Below, piece by piece: positions 37,072 to 47,151 of a stretch of 64,000 nucleotides of DNA. How positions within the stretch are numbered: position 1 is the first letter of the stretch; each line of letters starts with the position of its first letter. Source of the DNA: Candidatus Aminicenantes bacterium (GTDB lineage Bacteria; Acidobacteriota; Aminicenantia; Aminicenantales; JAFGBC01); contig OY969696.1 in the NCBI GenBank assembly GCA_963702005.1, positions 1,920,001-1,984,000 on the forward strand. The letters are read 5' to 3'. The notes below the pieces were generated by a model. That model saw only the letters and a list, made by a program, of their open reading frames with translations, did not search any database and was not told the origin of the DNA. Both the position numbers and the translations under genes were made by a program.

Positions 37072-39384
37072 ATGCGCAAGAGCGAACTCCGGGTTTGCGC
37101 CTTGGGTCTCGGGCTGGCACTGATCGTTTCCTTCGGAGCCGTGAAGGTTGCGGCCCGGCCGCCCGAGCATTTCCGATCTCCGCTGCCGGCCGAGGTCCGG
37201 GTCCACAACGGGGCGCCCACGGTCTTTTTCGACGGGCGGCCGGTCTTCTACGGCGCCTGGTGGGGGAGTCCGCCCTCGACCGAGGGATGGGCGCACGACG
37301 CGTTCGCCCGCTCGGTCGCACCCGAGGTCGGGATCCATATTTACGCCTTCGACATCGGGCCCCAGGAGTGGGCGGGCCCGGCTCCGGGGCGGAATTCGGA
37401 CTACGATTTCTCGACCGTTCGCCGCCGCTTCGGCCGGGTCATCGAGGCCGATCCACAGGCCTGTTTCCATCTCCGCATTTATCTCGAAATGAACGAAGGC
37501 CTATCCCGCTGGTGGCTCGACCGGTATCCCGGCGAACGCGAAGTCGTCTCCGACGGATCCCCGGACCGGCAATCGTTGGCTTCGACCGTCTGGCGCGATC
37601 AGGCCAAGGGATTCCTGAGAGCGCTGGTCGCCTTTCTGAAGGCGGACGGCCTGTTCGAGCGCGTCGTCGCCTACCAGGTCGGGACGGGCCACACCGGCGA
37701 ATGGGTCAAGGGCAAGCTTTCCATGCTCGACCTGACCGGCGATTACAGCGAGCCCATGGCCCGCTATTTCCGCGCCTGGCTCCGGGCCCGCTACGGAAGC
37801 GACCGGGACCTTCGGCTGGCCTGGAATGATCCCCATGCCTCCTTGGACGCCGCGCGGGTCCCATCGCGCGAGGCTCAACTGACGACGACCCACTTTCTCT
37901 TCCGCGATCCGCGGCGGGAGCAGAATGTCATCGACTACTATCGCGCCCTCGCGGAGCTCTCCGGTGATCTAGTCGCTGACTTCTGCCGGACGGTCAAGGA
38001 GGCGGCCGGGAGGAAGGCCCTGGCCGGGGCCTTTTTCGGCTACCTCATGGAGCTCGCCTGGAACGCGGGTTTCTTTTCAGAAGGGCCGCCCAGCGACTAT
38101 TCGACCTACCAGCGCAGCGGCCACCTCGGCCTGGCCCGCGTCTTAGCTTCGCCCGATGTCGATTTCCTGGTCAGCCCCTACGGCTACGGATTCCGCGGGA
38201 TCGGCGGCGAGGGAGGCGCCATGCCCCCCGCCGAAGCCCTCCGCCTCCACGGCAAGCTCTATATCATGGAGGACGACACGCGGACCCACACGGACTCTCA
38301 TCCCGCTTTCGGGCGGGCGCGAACCCAGGCCGAAACCGTGGCGGTTCTCCGCCGCAACTTCGGCTCGGTCCTGACACGGGGGCAGGGGATATGGTGGCTG
38401 CTGGGGAAAGGGCATATCGATACGACGCTCGATCCCGCCTTCGAACCCCTCCTGAAAAAGTTCCGGGAGATCGGCGCGTTCGGCCTCGGGACGGACCGAT
38501 CGTCCGCGGCCGAAACGGCCGTCCTCCTCGACGACGAGAGCTTTTTCTACGAGACGGTCCGGAACGACCTCGACATTCCGCTTATCTTCGAGCAGCGGCT
38601 GTTCGGCCTTCCCAGGATGGGCGCGTCCTACGACGTCCATCTTTTAAATGATTTTCTGGCCGGGAAACTCCGTCCCTACAAGCTCTACATCTTTCTGAAC
38701 GCGTTCCAGCTTGACGGCGCCCGGCGCGAGGCCCTGAAGCGGGAGCTGCGCCGCGAGGGACGGGTCGCTCTCTGGATCTACGCGCCGGGTTATATCAAGG
38801 ACGCGCCGGACGTCGCGAACATGACCGACCTGACCGGGCTGAGCTTCGGCCGGAACGACTATCCCTGGCCGGCCTCGCTCCACTTTACGGACTTCGCCCA
38901 CCCGATCACTCGGAACCTCGGGCAGGACCTCTTCTGGGGGACGGACAGCCGGCTGGGGCCCCTCTTCTACGTAGAGGACAGGGAGGCCCGCGTCCTGGGC
39001 GACGCCGTGCTTTCGCTCGGGATGTGCCGGGCGGGCTTCGCCGTCAAGACGTTCCCCGATTGGACCTCGATCTATTGCGCGGTTCCCAATCTTCCCGCTC
39101 CCGTGTTGAGGGCCGTCGCCCGATTCGCCGGCGTTCATCTTTACAGCGAGGACGGCGACGTCCTGGCCGCCTCCCGGAATCTCCTCTCCGTCCACACCGT
39201 GTCGGGAGGACGGCGGACGTTCCGGCTGCCGGGGAGGGTCGAACTTGTTTATGATCTCTTCGTAGATAAAGTCGTGGCAGCTGATTGCGACCGGTTCGTC
39301 GTGGACTTCGAGCCGGGATCGACAAGTCTCTTTTACTGCGGAGACCGGGCCGCTCTCGAGAATTGGAATCAGGAAAAACGCTGA
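37072..39384 (+). CDS. Secreted glycoside hydrolase (GH42/beta-galactosidase-like)
   Basis: Signal peptide, GHTGEW, DYSEP..FRAWLRARYG..L..AW, EDDTRT. Confidence 0.65.
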   Translation: MRKSELRVCALGLGLALIVSFGAVKVAARPPEHFRSPLPAEVRVHNGAPTVFFDGRPVFYGAWWGSPPSTEGWAHDAFARSVAPEVGIHIYAFDIGPQEWAGPAPGRNSDYDFSTVRRRFGRVIEADPQACFHLRIYLEMNEGLSRWWLDRYPGEREVVSDGSPDRQSLASTVWRDQAKGFLRALVAFLKADGLFERVVAYQVGTGHTGEWVKGKLSMLDLTGDYSEPMARYFRAWLRARYGSDRDLRLAWNDPHASLDAARVPSREAQLTTTHFLFRDPRREQNVIDYYRALAELSGDLVADFCRTVKEAAGRKALAGAFFGYLMELAWNAGFFSEGPPSDYSTYQRSGHLGLARVLASPDVDFLVSPYGYGFRGIGGEGGAMPPAEALRLHGKLYIMEDDTRTHTDSHPAFGRARTQAETVAVLRRNFGSVLTRGQGIWWLLGKGHIDTTLDPAFEPLLKKFREIGAFGLGTDRSSAAETAVLLDDESFFYETVRNDLDIPLIFEQRLFGLPRMGASYDVHLLNDFLAGKLRPYKLYIFLNAFQLDGARREALKRELRREGRVALWIYAPGYIKDAPDVANMTDLTGLSFGRNDYPWPASLHFTDFAHPITRNLGQDLFWGTDSRLGPLFYVEDREARVLGDAVLSLGMCRAGFAVKTFPDWTSIYCAVPNLPAPVLRAVARFAGVHLYSEDGDVLAASRNLLSVHTVSGGRRTFRLPGRVELVYDLFVDKVVAADCDRFVVDFEPGSTSLFYCGDRAALENWNQEKR

Positions 39385-39415
39385 GCGTATTATAAATCCA
39401 AAAAGGAGGCGCCTC

Positions 39416-39733
39416 ATGGCCGACCAGGAGAAGGACATCTTCAAGGAGATCTCGGACAAGATCCGTGAGCTGGGCGACACGATCGAGCCCCACCTGAACC
39501 AGGCGGGGGAGAAGCTGCGCGGCTTCCACAAGGCCGTCCAGCCTTCCCTGACCGATCTGGGGAAAAAGCTCCAAGAGCTGGGCCAGGTCTTCGGCCCCCC
39601 GGCCGAAGACTTCGGCCGCCGCATGAAGGAGTGGTCGAAATCCGTCAAGCCGGTCGTGGACGACATGGGCCGGCGGATGAAGGACTGGAAGAACGCCGAG
39701 AAGGATAAGAAGCCTTCCTCGCCCCAGCCTTGA
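39416..39733 (+). CDS. Hypothetical amphipathic-helix repeat protein
   Basis: AAGGAGG RBS; four Pro-punctuated 18-residue repeats. Confidence 0.75.
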   Translation: MADQEKDIFKEISDKIRELGDTIEPHLNQAGEKLRGFHKAVQPSLTDLGKKLQELGQVFGPPAEDFGRRMKEWSKSVKPVVDDMGRRMKDWKNAEKDKKPSSPQP

Positions 39734-40245
39734 TCGGAACGATTGCGCGTGCCCGGGCGGCGTTTTTAGTGGCGCTGTTTGTCCCGGCCTGCACGGCGGC
39801 CCAAACGCGCGACCTGTCCTTCTTCAACACTCATACCGGCGAACACCTGACCGTCACTTACCGCAGCGGAAACGAATACAGACCGGAGGCGCTCGCGCAG
39901 ATCAACCGCATTTTACGCGACCACTACAGCGGCGAAGAATACCCGGTGGATCCTCGTTTGCTAGACTTCCTTTATGATTTGTTGGCCAAGGTCGGATATA
40001 CGGGAGAGGTCCATATCATCAGCGGATATCGATCGACGCGGACCAACTCAATCATGCACAGCCGGGATAAGGGCGTCGCGGAGGGAAGCCTTCATACCGG
40101 GGGACTCGCCCTGGATTTCCGCTTGCCCGGCATCGATACCAGGAAACTCTGGGAGGCCGCCCGTTCCATGAAGCGAGGCGGCGCCGGCTACTACCGGGAA
40201 CAGGATTTCGTCCATATCGATACGGGGCGAGTCAGATCATGGTGA
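39730..40245 (+). CDS. ycbK: YcbK/MepK (DUF882, peptidase M15) peptidoglycan endopeptidase
   Basis: NTHTGE, IISGYRS..TN, SLH..G.ALDF, FVHIDTG. Confidence 0.9.
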   Translation: MIGTIARARAAFLVALFVPACTAAQTRDLSFFNTHTGEHLTVTYRSGNEYRPEALAQINRILRDHYSGEEYPVDPRLLDFLYDLLAKVGYTGEVHIISGYRSTRTNSIMHSRDKGVAEGSLHTGGLALDFRLPGIDTRKLWEAARSMKRGGAGYYREQDFVHIDTGRVRSW

Positions 40246-40253
40246 TCTTACTA

Positions 40254-40295
40254 CGGGGAGCAGAATAGACATTGCATAGTCCTTGCTGCTCCCCG
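40254..40295. terminator. Stem-loop between convergent genes (terminator or REP)
   Basis: CGGGGAGCAG...CTGCTCCCCG 10-bp arms. Confidence 0.4.
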
Positions 40296-40326
40296 AGTAC
40301 TAGCCGGGCGATAAGGATATATGGAG

Positions 40327-41814
40327 TCAACTATATTTCGCCCGGCTTAGTAATGGAGCGGCTTCGAAGAGCTCGAAGTCCCAGATCGTCGGTCCGGCCG
40401 ACGCTTTGAGGATGTGGAGGCGGACGACCTGTCCCGATGTTCGGGGGAAGGTCAGGGTCGCGCCCGAAACGCCGATCGTCGTGCCCCGACAAATCGGCTT
40501 CCAGGTTTCGTCGGCCGCTTTGACCTCCAGGGCGTAGTCCTGGATTCGATCCCAGCCTTCGCTGAGGAAAGCGGCATCGAACTCGCAAGGCCGCCCCAGA
40601 TCGATCTCAAGCCAGCAGTCTCCGATTCCGTCGTCGGTCGCCCAGCGCGTTCCGGAGTCGTCGTCGACGGCGAAGGCGGCTGCGTATTGAGGATCGTTCT
40701 TGTAGACGTTGGAGGCCGAGGCCTTGGCCCCGAAACTGAGCGAGGGACGGATCGCGGCTTGATCGGCGATCGCGGCTTTCAAGTCCATCAGCCGCGCAAC
40801 GGTCGCTTCCGGGATGCGGCCTGTCCGGTCCGGCGCGAGGTCGAGCAGGAGATTGGCCCCCTTGAGGACGGTAGATTGATAAAGCCGGACAAGGCTCCGG
40901 ACGGATTTCAGGGCGTCGCCGGATTCCCAGAACCAGTGATGGGCCAGCGTATCGCAGGTCTCCATGGGCAGATAGTAGGTCTTGCCGGCGACGGAGATGA
41001 GGGGATTATGGCCTGCCGCGGGAGGAGGCGTCACTTCTCCGTTGTTCAGGTCTTTGGGCCAGAGCAGGACGGGCGGACGTCCATATTCCTTGTGAAGGAA
41101 GGTGGGCGGCATCGAGCGGACTTGGCTTCCGTCGACGAATCCTTGATTGAGAAGGATGAGGCAGCCGGGCTGGATCGATTTCAGCTTGGCGTAAAGACGG
41201 GAGAGGACTTTGTCCGTATCGGGCCCCATATCCCAGGGTATGTCCAACCACAATTCGGTGATCGGGCCATAATCGGTCAGAAGCTCTTCGAGCTGGCCCG
41301 CGCAGAACGCTTCATACTCTTCGGGCGTCATGATTTTCTGGTTGTGCTTATCCCATCCCAGCAGGTAGTAGAAGCCGGGACGGATATCGTACTTGCGGCA
41401 GGCAGCGACGAAGGCCCGGATGACGTCGGCCGGGTCGGAGCTGGTGGCGACGTCATAATCCGTGAAGCGGCTGTCCCACAGGGCGTGTCCGTAGCAGTGC
41501 TTGGAGGTCAGAACCGCATATCTCATCCCCGCGTCGCTGGCGACCCGAATCCATTGGTCGACATCGAGACGCGTCGGGGCATAGACCTTGGATTCGGACG
41601 GAACTTCGCCGAATTCCAGGCCGGTGAAGGTGGACATGCCGAAATGGATGAACATGCCGAACCGGAGTTCTTCCCAGTCGGCCAGGACCTGAGTTCTCCC
41701 TACGGCGGGAGACCTTCGGGGTCTGCAGGACGCGCCTAAGACGGCGAAGACGGCGATCGATACGATCGAAACGCAGACAGCGACCCAGGCGACTTTCTTT
41801 GACGGACCAACCAT
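40327..41814 (-). CDS. Alpha-L-fucosidase GH29 with F5/8 (CBM32-like) domain, lipoprotein
   Basis: FGMFIHFG, TSKHCYG, ELLTDYG...WLD, AVDDDSGTRW; LGASC lipobox. Confidence 0.88.
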   Translation of the reverse strand: MVGPSKKVAWVAVCVSIVSIAVFAVLGASCRPRRSPAVGRTQVLADWEELRFGMFIHFGMSTFTGLEFGEVPSESKVYAPTRLDVDQWIRVASDAGMRYAVLTSKHCYGHALWDSRFTDYDVATSSDPADVIRAFVAACRKYDIRPGFYYLLGWDKHNQKIMTPEEYEAFCAGQLEELLTDYGPITELWLDIPWDMGPDTDKVLSRLYAKLKSIQPGCLILLNQGFVDGSQVRSMPPTFLHKEYGRPPVLLWPKDLNNGEVTPPPAAGHNPLISVAGKTYYLPMETCDTLAHHWFWESGDALKSVRSLVRLYQSTVLKGANLLLDLAPDRTGRIPEATVARLMDLKAAIADQAAIRPSLSFGAKASASNVYKNDPQYAAAFAVDDDSGTRWATDDGIGDCWLEIDLGRPCEFDAAFLSEGWDRIQDYALEVKAADETWKPICRGTTIGVSGATLTFPRTSGQVVRLHILKASAGPTIWDFELFEAAPLLSRAKYS

Positions 41815-41982
41815 ATCGAGACCTCCCCTCGGCAGGGCAGGCATCGTCCGCCGTTCCGGCCGGCAGCAGTCCCTTGCCCTCATTTTCTCCGCTTTCCGAA
41901 TGCGGACGGTCCGATCTATCCAGCGGGCCGGCTCACAGTTCCTCGACGAAGATATTCCGGAAATAGGCCGGCGACTCGCTTA

Positions 41983-44064
41983 TTAGAATTTGACCTCGGT
42001 TTGCACCTGAAAGAACTTGTAGTCCTTGTAGACGACATCCGTTTTGGACAGGGACAACCTCCTTTCCCCCGCCAGATAGGCCTCCTCCACGCTATAAGAG
42101 CTCGGAAAGCGCAGGCCGTTTTTCTCGAAGGCGTATTCGGAGGCAAAGGCTATCAGGGGCTTGGCATGGAACATCTGGGCGAACATCTCAATTTTATCAT
42201 AGTTACCCATGGAGGCCGGCGTCCATTCGATCTTCAGCACCGCCCCGTCCCGGATTCGGACCCAGGCCTTCCCGTAGAGGGATGCCTGGCTTTCTCCCTT
42301 GGGGTTGACATCGAGGACGATAGCCGGTTCACCCTCCATATCCAACTCCTTGATGACCCGATACCAATGGATTTTCTGGGATTCTTCTCCCAGAAGACCT
42401 ACGGGACCCAGGATGACGTTACTGTGCCAGAACCGTTCCGTACCGAGTTGGGCGTTCTCGATGTGTCGATGCTCGCCGTTCTCTCTCAGGAGAATCCGCG
42501 TTTCCTGGAATTGGCCTTGGCGCCGTATCAGCTGGTAATCGTAGGTCCAATGGCGATAGCGATCGCCCCCCTCATAAAACATGAGCGATTCGCGCAGGGT
42601 CGCCCCGTCAACCTTGCTAAGCAGGACCTTGGACACGCGCTCCCCGACCTCTTCGCGGCAGATGAAAAAGAGGGCGGCGCCCTGCAGGCGCCGGCAGTAA
42701 GCCGCCGCCGACCGGAGGAGGCTCTCCGGCGGGGCGGGGGCAGATCCCGACTCGGGCGAGATGATTTCGATCTTAGGCTGGGCAGCGGCGGCCGGCGCTT
42801 GGGCCAGCTGCCCGATGGGACGTTCGTTCTGATTTTCCACCGCGGCAGACGACGTCTCCTCCGTAGCCATATATCCCGCTCGATGGCTTATGCGATATCC
42901 GCCCTTTCTGACCTTAACCGCAATAGCGTGGAACTTTCCATCGGCTTGGTAGTTCTGAGGCTGGTAATACAGAAGATAATATTGTTCCGAGGCCTCCGCC
43001 GCCTTCTTCAACAGATCGGAGGGATTCGAGGAAGCGTTGGCCGTTCCGCCCGTGGCCGCGGCAATCTCCCGGAAAACGCCATAGACGTCGCCGAAACGCT
43101 CCCCCATCGCGATATTATCGATGCCGCTCTGCCTTTCGATGAATGCCGCAATGTCCTTGCGGGTCTTGGTGATGTAGAGAAAATGGACGTCCACGGAGGC
43201 GTCGGCGAAAGCTCTCTGGATCGCCTCGCGATCGACGGAAACCGCCCCCCGAGCTCTCGACATGAGCTCTTGAACCTTCAGGGACGTTTCCGAGCTCCCT
43301 TCGGTCAGGAAGGCCGCCAAGGCCCTGTTGGAGAACTGCGGAACCATCTCCCTCTGGGAAAAAAAGAAGAGGTGCTTGGCCCCGGGGAGCTTCTTGAGTT
43401 CGTCGGCGCAGACGGCCATTTTTTTCAGGTCGACCGTCTGAAAAGCCTCGAGCCTCCGAAGGTTGGCCGCGTAGGCGTCAAGGATTCTATTGAGGTCGGC
43501 ATTGTCTGCCGTTCCAGGGTCAGACACGCTTGCCAGGTTTGCGGCTAGATCACGGATGACGGAGTCATACGCTCCGCAGTCGATAAGGGTATCCTCGCGA
43601 ACCTTGGAGATGATGTCCCGCTCGATCCAGTGCCGGGCCTCTTCGCTGTCGATCGGACCCGCCAGCCGGTAGGTTTTTCTCGGCGTGACGATGTCGACGT
43701 CGTCCCCGCCGCGGAAGACCTCGTCGAAAAACAGCCGCAGAGCGTCGCCCAACTCGTGCAGATACTCGAACGTTTGAAATACCAAGACGAAGTGGCGGCG
43801 GGTCACCGGCGCGACGGATGCCAGCGGCCCCTCTCGGCGCCGGATGTCGCCGCTGCGGACAAGATAGGCGGCCAGGACGGGCTGCGGCTTGCCGTCTTCG
43901 GCTATTTCAAAGTCCTCGAGCTTCAAGGAATCGATGAACCGGCCTCCGTCAAAAACTCGCACCGGGACGGCGATGTTGACGACGGACACGTCATGGGTCG
44001 CTTGAGAAAAAGCCAGCGGGACCCCGAAGAGTGCGGTGATGATCCCCACCGATCCCTTTCTCAT
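41983..44064 (-). CDS. Secreted VWA-related protein (acidobacterial type)
   Basis: VVNIAVPVRVFD..FID.L..EDF.I.EDG, IAAATGG, YYLLYY.P..DGKFH.I.VKV. Confidence 0.75.
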   Translation of the reverse strand: MRKGSVGIITALFGVPLAFSQATHDVSVVNIAVPVRVFDGGRFIDSLKLEDFEIAEDGKPQPVLAAYLVRSGDIRRREGPLASVAPVTRRHFVLVFQTFEYLHELGDALRLFFDEVFRGGDDVDIVTPRKTYRLAGPIDSEEARHWIERDIISKVREDTLIDCGAYDSVIRDLAANLASVSDPGTADNADLNRILDAYAANLRRLEAFQTVDLKKMAVCADELKKLPGAKHLFFFSQREMVPQFSNRALAAFLTEGSSETSLKVQELMSRARGAVSVDREAIQRAFADASVDVHFLYITKTRKDIAAFIERQSGIDNIAMGERFGDVYGVFREIAAATGGTANASSNPSDLLKKAAEASEQYYLLYYQPQNYQADGKFHAIAVKVRKGGYRISHRAGYMATEETSSAAVENQNERPIGQLAQAPAAAAQPKIEIISPESGSAPAPPESLLRSAAAYCRRLQGAALFFICREEVGERVSKVLLSKVDGATLRESLMFYEGGDRYRHWTYDYQLIRRQGQFQETRILLRENGEHRHIENAQLGTERFWHSNVILGPVGLLGEESQKIHWYRVIKELDMEGEPAIVLDVNPKGESQASLYGKAWVRIRDGAVLKIEWTPASMGNYDKIEMFAQMFHAKPLIAFASEYAFEKNGLRFPSSYSVEEAYLAGERRLSLSKTDVVYKDYKFFQVQTEVKF

Positions 44065-44090
44065 TCGACTATCTTCTTATCCCCATTTTA

Positions 44091-44119
44091 AGGATAGGCA
44101 ACCTGCGACGGCGTGTCAA
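44091..44119 (-). promoter_or_regulatory. Sigma70-type promoter
   Basis: TTGACA-17 nt-TATCCT upstream of the VWA gene. Confidence 0.6.
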
Positions 44120-44232
44120 GGAGAGGAGGGACCTGCGAAGCGTGATGAGGTGTTTAAGCGCGATGGCCAATCAAAAAGAAAAAGACATGGGAATTTTCCG
44201 GTCGCGTATTACGCGATCAGCACACGGGAACA

Positions 44233-44333
44233 GTCAAATCATCGACACTCATGGAAGCCATGAGTACTGCAAGGCTGGGCTCCGATTTTTAGCCCCGCCT
44301 TCTAGGGCGGGGTGGCGTCGGCGAACGGGTCTA
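44233..44333 (+). repeat. Palindromic element, copy C (variant first hairpin)
   Basis: GTCAAATCATCGAC-ACTCATGGaagCCATGAGT-...CCCCGCCTTCTAGGGCGGGG-TGGCGTCGGCGAACGGGTC. Confidence 0.8.
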
Positions 44334-44379
44334 GAAGGGCGCGGGAGCGCGAACTCAGCGCCCGCGCTCCCGCCGGCAT

Positions 44380-45861
44380 CTACAGCTCCTTGACGAAGAT
44401 ATTCTTGAAATAGACGGGTGATTCGCTGTCGTGGTTCTGGAGGCCGATGTAGCCTTCGAGGGCGAAGTCCTTGATCTTGCCGCGCGGCTCCTGGTCCCAG
44501 TTGACGATGAGTTTTCCGTTGAGCTCGATCTGGATGTTCTTGCCGCGGCAGGTGATCTTCATGTGGTTCCATTCGCCGGTGGGCAGGGAGGCGTCCGCGC
44601 TAGGCGCTTCGGCGTCGTAGATCGCGCCCGTTTTATGGATGTCCTCGCCCGCGTCGTAGATCTGGACTTCGAAGGAGTGGTAGATGTAATCGTCGCTGGT
44701 CGGGACTTCCGGGACGCGATAGAAGATTCCCGAGTTGGTCGTCTTCTGGGAGCACTTGAAATCGACCTCGAGGACGAAGTCCCTGAACTTCCGCTTGGCG
44801 AACCAGAGGAGTCCCATCCCGCCCTGGGATTTGAGGACCCCCGTCTTGGGGTCGAGCTCGAAATAGCCGGGCCCGTAGTGGTTCCAGCCGTGCTTTTCGT
44901 AATAGCCCCAATCCTTCCGGATCAGCTGTTCGTACCCCAGATAATAAGTTACGCTCCGGACGTAGTCGATGCTCTTCTTGATGGCCGGGATCGGGTCCTT
45001 GACCTCTTTCTCGTTCTCGTACTCGATCGTCAGGAAGCCGTTGTAGTCCTGGAGGGTGAGCTCGGCCAGGATGTCGCGGATGCCGCCCTTGCCCGCGCCC
45101 CAGGGGACGTCATCGACCTTTTTCGTCCCGAACCCGCTCCGGTCCTTGAGGTGGGCGTCCCGGATGCGGCCGTCGAGGAGCCGCAGACATTCGAGGGGAT
45201 TGAGGCCCAGCCTCATCCAGTGTCCCGTGTCCGCGCAGGAGCCGATGCGCTCGCTCCGGTTCTGGACATGCTCGAGCACGGTCATCGGGTGGGCGTACTT
45301 CGCGGGGAGGGGATGGTTGTGGATGGCGATCCCCAGGTTGTACTCGTCGATGAGCTTTTCGAGGAGCGTGAAGTCGTCGTCCTGGGGCTCGCAGACGACG
45401 GTTTGGATGCCCATCTTGCGGGCGAAGTCGAAGATCTTGCGCATGCTGGCCTCGGTCGTCCCGATGTCGCAGACGCCGTAGGCGACGACCTTGATCCCGT
45501 CCGCCTCGAGCGCGGCCTGAACAGCCTTCATCTGGTCTTCGCTCATGGTTTCATCGAAGACGGCGCTCTTGGGGAAGGGTCCGCCCAAGGGCTGGCCGGG
45601 ATAAGCCTGAAGATATTTGATACCGAGCTCTTTGACCTTAAGCAGCGTGTCGAAGAAGGTGAAGGCCCGGAACGTCCAGCACTCCATGGAAATCGGGAAT
45701 TCCTTGATACGGACCGAGGCGTAGTCCGTGGATTTGACGGCCTGGACGACCTCGGCCGGAATCGGCTTGACCGGCGGAGCGGCCGCTTTTTGAGCGGCCG
45801 ATACGAGCAGCGGGCTCAGGCTCAGTGCGGCTAGGATTGCAACGATCAAAATTTTTTTCAT
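44380..45861 (-). CDS. Secreted fusion of a sugar-phosphate isomerase/epimerase TIM barrel and DUF1080 (3-keto-disaccharide hydrolase/lyase)
   Basis: IAIHNH, DTGHW, HLKD, IEYE, then NSGIFYR, EVQIYD, GEWNHM, GYIGLQNH. Confidence 0.88.
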   Translation of the reverse strand: MKKILIVAILAALSLSPLLVSAAQKAAAPPVKPIPAEVVQAVKSTDYASVRIKEFPISMECWTFRAFTFFDTLLKVKELGIKYLQAYPGQPLGGPFPKSAVFDETMSEDQMKAVQAALEADGIKVVAYGVCDIGTTEASMRKIFDFARKMGIQTVVCEPQDDDFTLLEKLIDEYNLGIAIHNHPLPAKYAHPMTVLEHVQNRSERIGSCADTGHWMRLGLNPLECLRLLDGRIRDAHLKDRSGFGTKKVDDVPWGAGKGGIRDILAELTLQDYNGFLTIEYENEKEVKDPIPAIKKSIDYVRSVTYYLGYEQLIRKDWGYYEKHGWNHYGPGYFELDPKTGVLKSQGGMGLLWFAKRKFRDFVLEVDFKCSQKTTNSGIFYRVPEVPTSDDYIYHSFEVQIYDAGEDIHKTGAIYDAEAPSADASLPTGEWNHMKITCRGKNIQIELNGKLIVNWDQEPRGKIKDFALEGYIGLQNHDSESPVYFKNIFVKEL

Positions 45862-45872
45862 GATGTCTCCTC

Positions 45873-47123
45873 TCATTTTTTCCTGGGATTCCAGGCGCCC
45901 CGGGCGACCGCGGGGATGAAGGTTTCCAGCCCCGGCGGCGGGAAGGGCACGGTCCTGCCCTCCTCGGCGCTCTGGTAGGCGGTCATCAGGAGCTCCGTGA
46001 CGTTGAGGCCGTCCGAGAAATTTTCCTCGGGCCGCGCGCCCTTGAGGAAGCTTTGGACCATGTGGCGGTTTTCGGCGATGTAGCCGTATTCGGTCGCCTC
46101 GTCGGCCACGACCGGCATCAGGCCGATCTCGGCGTTTTGTTTTTCGACCAGGTCCTCGCCGGCCTTGCCCTGGACCCGGCGGCTGAAGAAGACCTTGAGG
46201 CCCGCGTCGAGGCTGTTGATCTGGAGGGCGTACTCGGGGCCGAGCAGCTCCATGCTCAGCCGCAGCCCGGCGCCGACGTAGCACCAGGAGGTCGTCGTCT
46301 CGACGATATAGACCTTGCCTTTCTTGTCTTTGTACTCGACGAGCGACCGGGCGAAGTCCTCGGCGGGACGCTTGAGGTAGTCCGTCTTTCCCTTCGAGTT
46401 CTTGCTCAGGATCTTGGCATAGGCGGGAGTCTGCCACTTCAGGCAGTTGATATAGGCCGTGACGCTGGTCGGGATAAGCGTCTCGCGCGGGGCGCCGGGC
46501 GGGGTCAGCATGAAACGGGCTTCCTCGACCGAATGGCACATCATGTCGTTGAGGACGCCGCCCCCCTGGAGAGTTCCTTCCCAGAACCAGGGCATATGGG
46601 GGCCGCTGTGCTCCTCGGCGGCCCGGGCCAGATAGGGAGGTCCGGCGATGGCCGCTCCCCGGGCCCAGACGATTTCCTTCCCCCTGGTCACGGCCGGAGC
46701 GAAGACCTGGTTCTCTAGATAGCCGTCGAAAAGGCCGGCCTTGCGGACCAGCTCGAGCATCTTGCGGGCCTCGGCGACGTTCCGGCCCAGCGGCTTCTCG
46801 CAGGTCAGGCCGATGAGGTCGGCCTTGCCCGTCCCGACGGCTTGGGCGATTTCTTCCATGACCGCGACGCGCGTGTAATTGGGGGCGCAGATCCAGAGCG
46901 CGTCGATAGCCGGGTCGGCGGCCATTTCGGTGATGGTTTTGTAGGATTTGGCCTCCCCGACGCCTAGCGACTTGACCAGGGCGCAGGCCTCCTCCGCCCG
47001 CTTCCGGTCCGGGTCGTGGATCCCCATAATGTCGGCGTTCCGGACGCCGACCCAGGAGCGGATGTGGAAGCGGGCTATGAATCCGCCGCCGATGATTCCG
47101 ATGCCGAGGTTTTTCTTTTTCAT
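45873..47123 (-). CDS. Gfo/Idh/MocA NAD(P)-dependent oxidoreductase
   Basis: GIIGGGFIA, CEKPL, GGGVLNDMMCH. Confidence 0.92.
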   Translation of the reverse strand: MKKKNLGIGIIGGGFIARFHIRSWVGVRNADIMGIHDPDRKRAEEACALVKSLGVGEAKSYKTITEMAADPAIDALWICAPNYTRVAVMEEIAQAVGTGKADLIGLTCEKPLGRNVAEARKMLELVRKAGLFDGYLENQVFAPAVTRGKEIVWARGAAIAGPPYLARAAEEHSGPHMPWFWEGTLQGGGVLNDMMCHSVEEARFMLTPPGAPRETLIPTSVTAYINCLKWQTPAYAKILSKNSKGKTDYLKRPAEDFARSLVEYKDKKGKVYIVETTTSWCYVGAGLRLSMELLGPEYALQINSLDAGLKVFFSRRVQGKAGEDLVEKQNAEIGLMPVVADEATEYGYIAENRHMVQSFLKGARPEENFSDGLNVTELLMTAYQSAEEGRTVPFPPPGLETFIPAVARGAWNPRKK

Positions 47124-47151
47124 CGAATTCTCCTCAGGAGGGCCGAGAGCG

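Noticed and set aside
45862-46539. N-terminal extension of the 719-aa ORF
   Set aside because: Overlaps the Gfo gene in another frame; the true start at 45861 has an RBS and signal peptide
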